A stretch of DNA of 28,471 bases, taken from a virus (lineage: Duplodnaviria; Caudoviricetes). Made by a program: the position numbers and the translations under genes. The DNA is taken from positions 1 to 28,471 of IMG/VR virus record IMGVR_UViG_3300020369_000015, one strand, 5' to 3'. Below, piece by piece: positions 26,543 through 28,471 of this stretch (the stretch's first letter is position 1; each line of letters opens with the position of its first letter). Under the pieces are notes generated by a model. It saw only the letters and a program-made list of their open reading frames with translations. It was not told where the DNA came from and did no database searches.

Positions 26543-27536
26543 AAAGCGCAGCAAAGAAAATCAATGGATGCCAACGCACGTTTATAAAGGTAAATCGGCA
26601 TTTGAGTTGCGATTACCTGCAGCGGGCACCGTTAAACTCTGCGCGCTGGGTGCGTCACAGTCCGAGGTGTGGAAAGCCTACGAGGATTATATGGCGATTG
26701 CTGATAATAAGCATACCGTCAGAAATTTAGTGCGCGAGTTTTTTACCAGTGCCGACTTTAACGATCTGGCATTGAACACCCGTAAAGATTATCAGAAATA
26801 CAGTAAAAAGGTGCTGGCCGCATTTGGTGATATGGAGGCCAAAAAGGTGCAACCCGTTCATGTTCGTAAGTTCATGGATATCATGGGCGTTAAATCACCT
26901 ACCCAGGCAAACAGGCATAAGGCGTTTCTGTCACGGGTGTTTCGGTGGGCTTACGAACGCGGAAAGGTAGAGCTAAACCCTTGCCAGGGCGTCAGGCAGT
27001 TTAAAGAAAAAGCGCGTGATCGTTACATTGCCGATTATGAATATCAGGCGGTTTACGATAATGCCTGTGTCGTCGTTAAGGCGGCGATGGAGATCAGTTA
27101 CTTGTGCATGGCCCGCAAGGGGGATGTGGTGAAGCTGCATAAAAGCCAGTTGCTGGATGAGGGCATTTATATTCAGCAAGGAAAAACAGGTAAAAAACAA
27201 ATCAAAGAATGGGGGCCACGCTTACGCCAGGCTATTCATACCGCAAACGAAATCAACCCCGATGTATTCAGTATGTTTGTATTGCACCAGAAGAATGGTC
27301 ACCCGTTCGCCTCAGCAAGTTTTGATCAGCGCTGGCGTAAGGCTATAAACAAGGCGCGCGAGATCACCCAGTTACCGCTTGATTTCACGTTTCACGACAT
27401 CAAGGCCAAGGGTATCAGTGATTTTGAGGGCACGGCCGGTGAAAAGCAATTTGCCAGTGGCCACAAAACAGAAAGGCAGGTCCATACCTACGACCGTAAA
27501 GTCAGGGTGGTACCTACCCTGGAAAGTAAGAAATAG
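26535..27536 (+). CDS. int: Tyrosine integrase
   Basis: ARKGDV, QGKTG, FHDIKAK, GHK, YDRK catalytic-position motifs. Confidence 0.96.
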   Translation: MARKRSKENQWMPTHVYKGKSAFELRLPAAGTVKLCALGASQSEVWKAYEDYMAIADNKHTVRNLVREFFTSADFNDLALNTRKDYQKYSKKVLAAFGDMEAKKVQPVHVRKFMDIMGVKSPTQANRHKAFLSRVFRWAYERGKVELNPCQGVRQFKEKARDRYIADYEYQAVYDNACVVVKAAMEISYLCMARKGDVVKLHKSQLLDEGIYIQQGKTGKKQIKEWGPRLRQAIHTANEINPDVFSMFVLHQKNGHPFASASFDQRWRKAINKAREITQLPLDFTFHDIKAKGISDFEGTAGEKQFASGHKTERQVHTYDRKVRVVPTLESKK

Positions 27537-27537
27537 C

Positions 27538-27822
27538 CTACTCTTTAGGGTGATTTTTATTTTTGAATTTTTTATCACAGCAGTAAGCGACGAACTGGCG
27601 GTAACTTTTAAAACCGCCCTGCTGAGCCATGGATTTGAGTAGTATTTCGGAAAACGGCGCTTTAGGGCAATCAACAGTGACTTTGTGCAATTCGCCCTTG
27701 ATGATCTTCACATACTGTTTGTGAGAAGTGCCTGACTTCTGCTTTCTTCTTTCAAACCCCAGCCTAACCAGGCAACTTTTCACGTCTTTGCACTTAACGC
27801 TGGGTAGTTTTCCAAACCACAC
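27538..27822 (-). CDS. hicA: HicA-family mRNase toxin
   Basis: Basic 94 aa; LGFERRKQKSGTSHKQY, KVTVD, LLKSMAQQGG. Confidence 0.82.
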   Translation of the reverse strand: MWFGKLPSVKCKDVKSCLVRLGFERRKQKSGTSHKQYVKIIKGELHKVTVDCPKAPFSEILLKSMAQQGGFKSYRQFVAYCCDKKFKNKNHPKE

Positions 27823-27851
27823 AATAAAACATCATCCTTGATTGGTTGGCC

Positions 27852-28178
27852 CTAGCAGGGTTTTAGCGGTAGCGTCTCGGTAAACAAAATAGATTTTACG
27901 TGATTTTTTGCTGACACAATCCGGCTAATGAGCGCAATATAATGATATTTAGCTCTAAGCGATAAAGGTGCCTTTCTGCTTAATAGCATGGCGGCGTGAG
28001 GCTTATCCTCACCGACAAGCGCATCAAAGAGGTACTCTTTTATTTGAGATTCCAGTTTTGCCTTGGCTTTTTCGATGGTTGAGGCTTGAGCAGCCAGGCA
28101 GAGATCAACACAGACAACGGTCCATTGATCGCCTTTCTGCTCGCCAAAACAACGGAGCATTAGCTGTTCAGTTTTCAT
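27852..28178 (-). CDS. HicB-like antitoxin (N-terminal fold only)
   Basis: WTVVCVDLCLAAQASTIEKAKAKLESQIKEYL motif; directly upstream of hicA; GAGGTG RBS. Confidence 0.75.
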   Translation of the reverse strand: MKTEQLMLRCFGEQKGDQWTVVCVDLCLAAQASTIEKAKAKLESQIKEYLFDALVGEDKPHAAMLLSRKAPLSLRAKYHYIALISRIVSAKNHVKSILFTETLPLKPC

Positions 28179-28205
28179 AATTCACCTCGTAGTCTGATCG
28201 CGCGC

Positions 28206-28248
28206 ATTATACAAATCCATTTAACTAACATGCAATATTAATATTGCA
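28206..28248 (-). promoter_or_regulatory. Promoter of TA operon with overlapping 18-bp palindrome
   Basis: TTGCAT-18-TATAAT; TGCAATATTAATATTGCA at 28231-28248. Confidence 0.65.
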
Positions 28249-28316
28249 CCTGTACCTTAATAGATCAACTTTTAAACGACGAGTAGCGACACAAAAAAGG
28301 TTAAAAATAGACAGAA

Positions 28317-28390
28317 TTTACGGAAATCATTTCCGGAAAAACAACCAATCGTATACCATTTTGCTTTTTTAATTTTGTAAGTGATTGATT
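28317..28390. promoter_or_regulatory. att arm: arm-type repeats and IHF site
   Basis: TTTACGGAAA/TTTCCGGAAA (28317, 28330); minus-strand AATCAATCACTTA (28390-28378) matches WATCAANNNNTTR. Confidence 0.65.
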
Positions 28391-28394
28391 TAAG

Positions 28395-28471
28395 TGGTGC
28401 CCGGGGCCGGACTTGAACCGGCACGCTGTTACCAGCGAGGGATTTTAAATCCCTTGTGTCTACCAATTTCA
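28395..28471 (-). tRNA. tRNA-Leu(UAA), 5' end cut by window edge; integration target
   Basis: Anticodon arm AGGGA-TTTAAAA-TCCCT, long variable arm, GGTTCAAGTCC T-arm, 3' CCA. Confidence 0.96.

Larger units (their letters stand above)
1..28394. mobile_element. Lambda-like siphovirus prophage integrated at tRNA-Leu; left end outside window
   Basis: Lambdoid gene order int-xis-early left-cI/cro-replication-Q-lysis-terminase-portal-capsid-tail, abutting the 3' end of a tRNA gene. Confidence 0.97.

Noticed and set aside
1-28394. Phage-wide TAG-to-Gln recoding
   Set aside because: TAG appears to be a genuine stop in several genes (8366, 22514, 27536, 27538, 27852), only one internal TAG was seen, and no suppressor tRNA is in the window
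28272-28466. 64-aa ORF
   Set aside because: Overlaps the tRNA and att arm; spurious
1-28471. CRISPR array, diversity-generating retroelement, retron or invertible tail cassette
   Set aside because: No repeat-spacer array, reverse transcriptase or invertase seen in this window

Overview
Nearly the whole window is a lambda-like siphoviral prophage of a Gammaproteobacterium, integrated at the 3' end of a tRNA-Leu(UAA) gene at the right edge. The left junction lies outside the window, which ends inside a tail fibre/spike gene. Right to left: tRNA/att region, hicB-hicA-like toxin-antitoxin pair, tyrosine integrase and excisionase, early-left operon (HD hydrolase, DUF2303), an AT-rich three-gene cassette between OL and cI, cI/cro switch with six TTACC-N5-GGTAA operators, replication genes, Q antiterminator and late promoter, lysis genes, cos, terminase, portal, S49 protease, capsid, head-tail and tail genes. 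The main candidate for an undescribed system is the cassette at 22224-23279, in the slot lambda uses for rexAB: a secreted Cys-loop peptide, a ~5-TM protein and a membrane-anchored protein, beside a repressor with no S24 autocleavage domain. Also notable are an in-frame TAG at a conserved Gln of the endolysin and an antisense small ORF whose RBS sits in a hairpin. Family calls are by-eye motif and synteny recognition; no database search was run.
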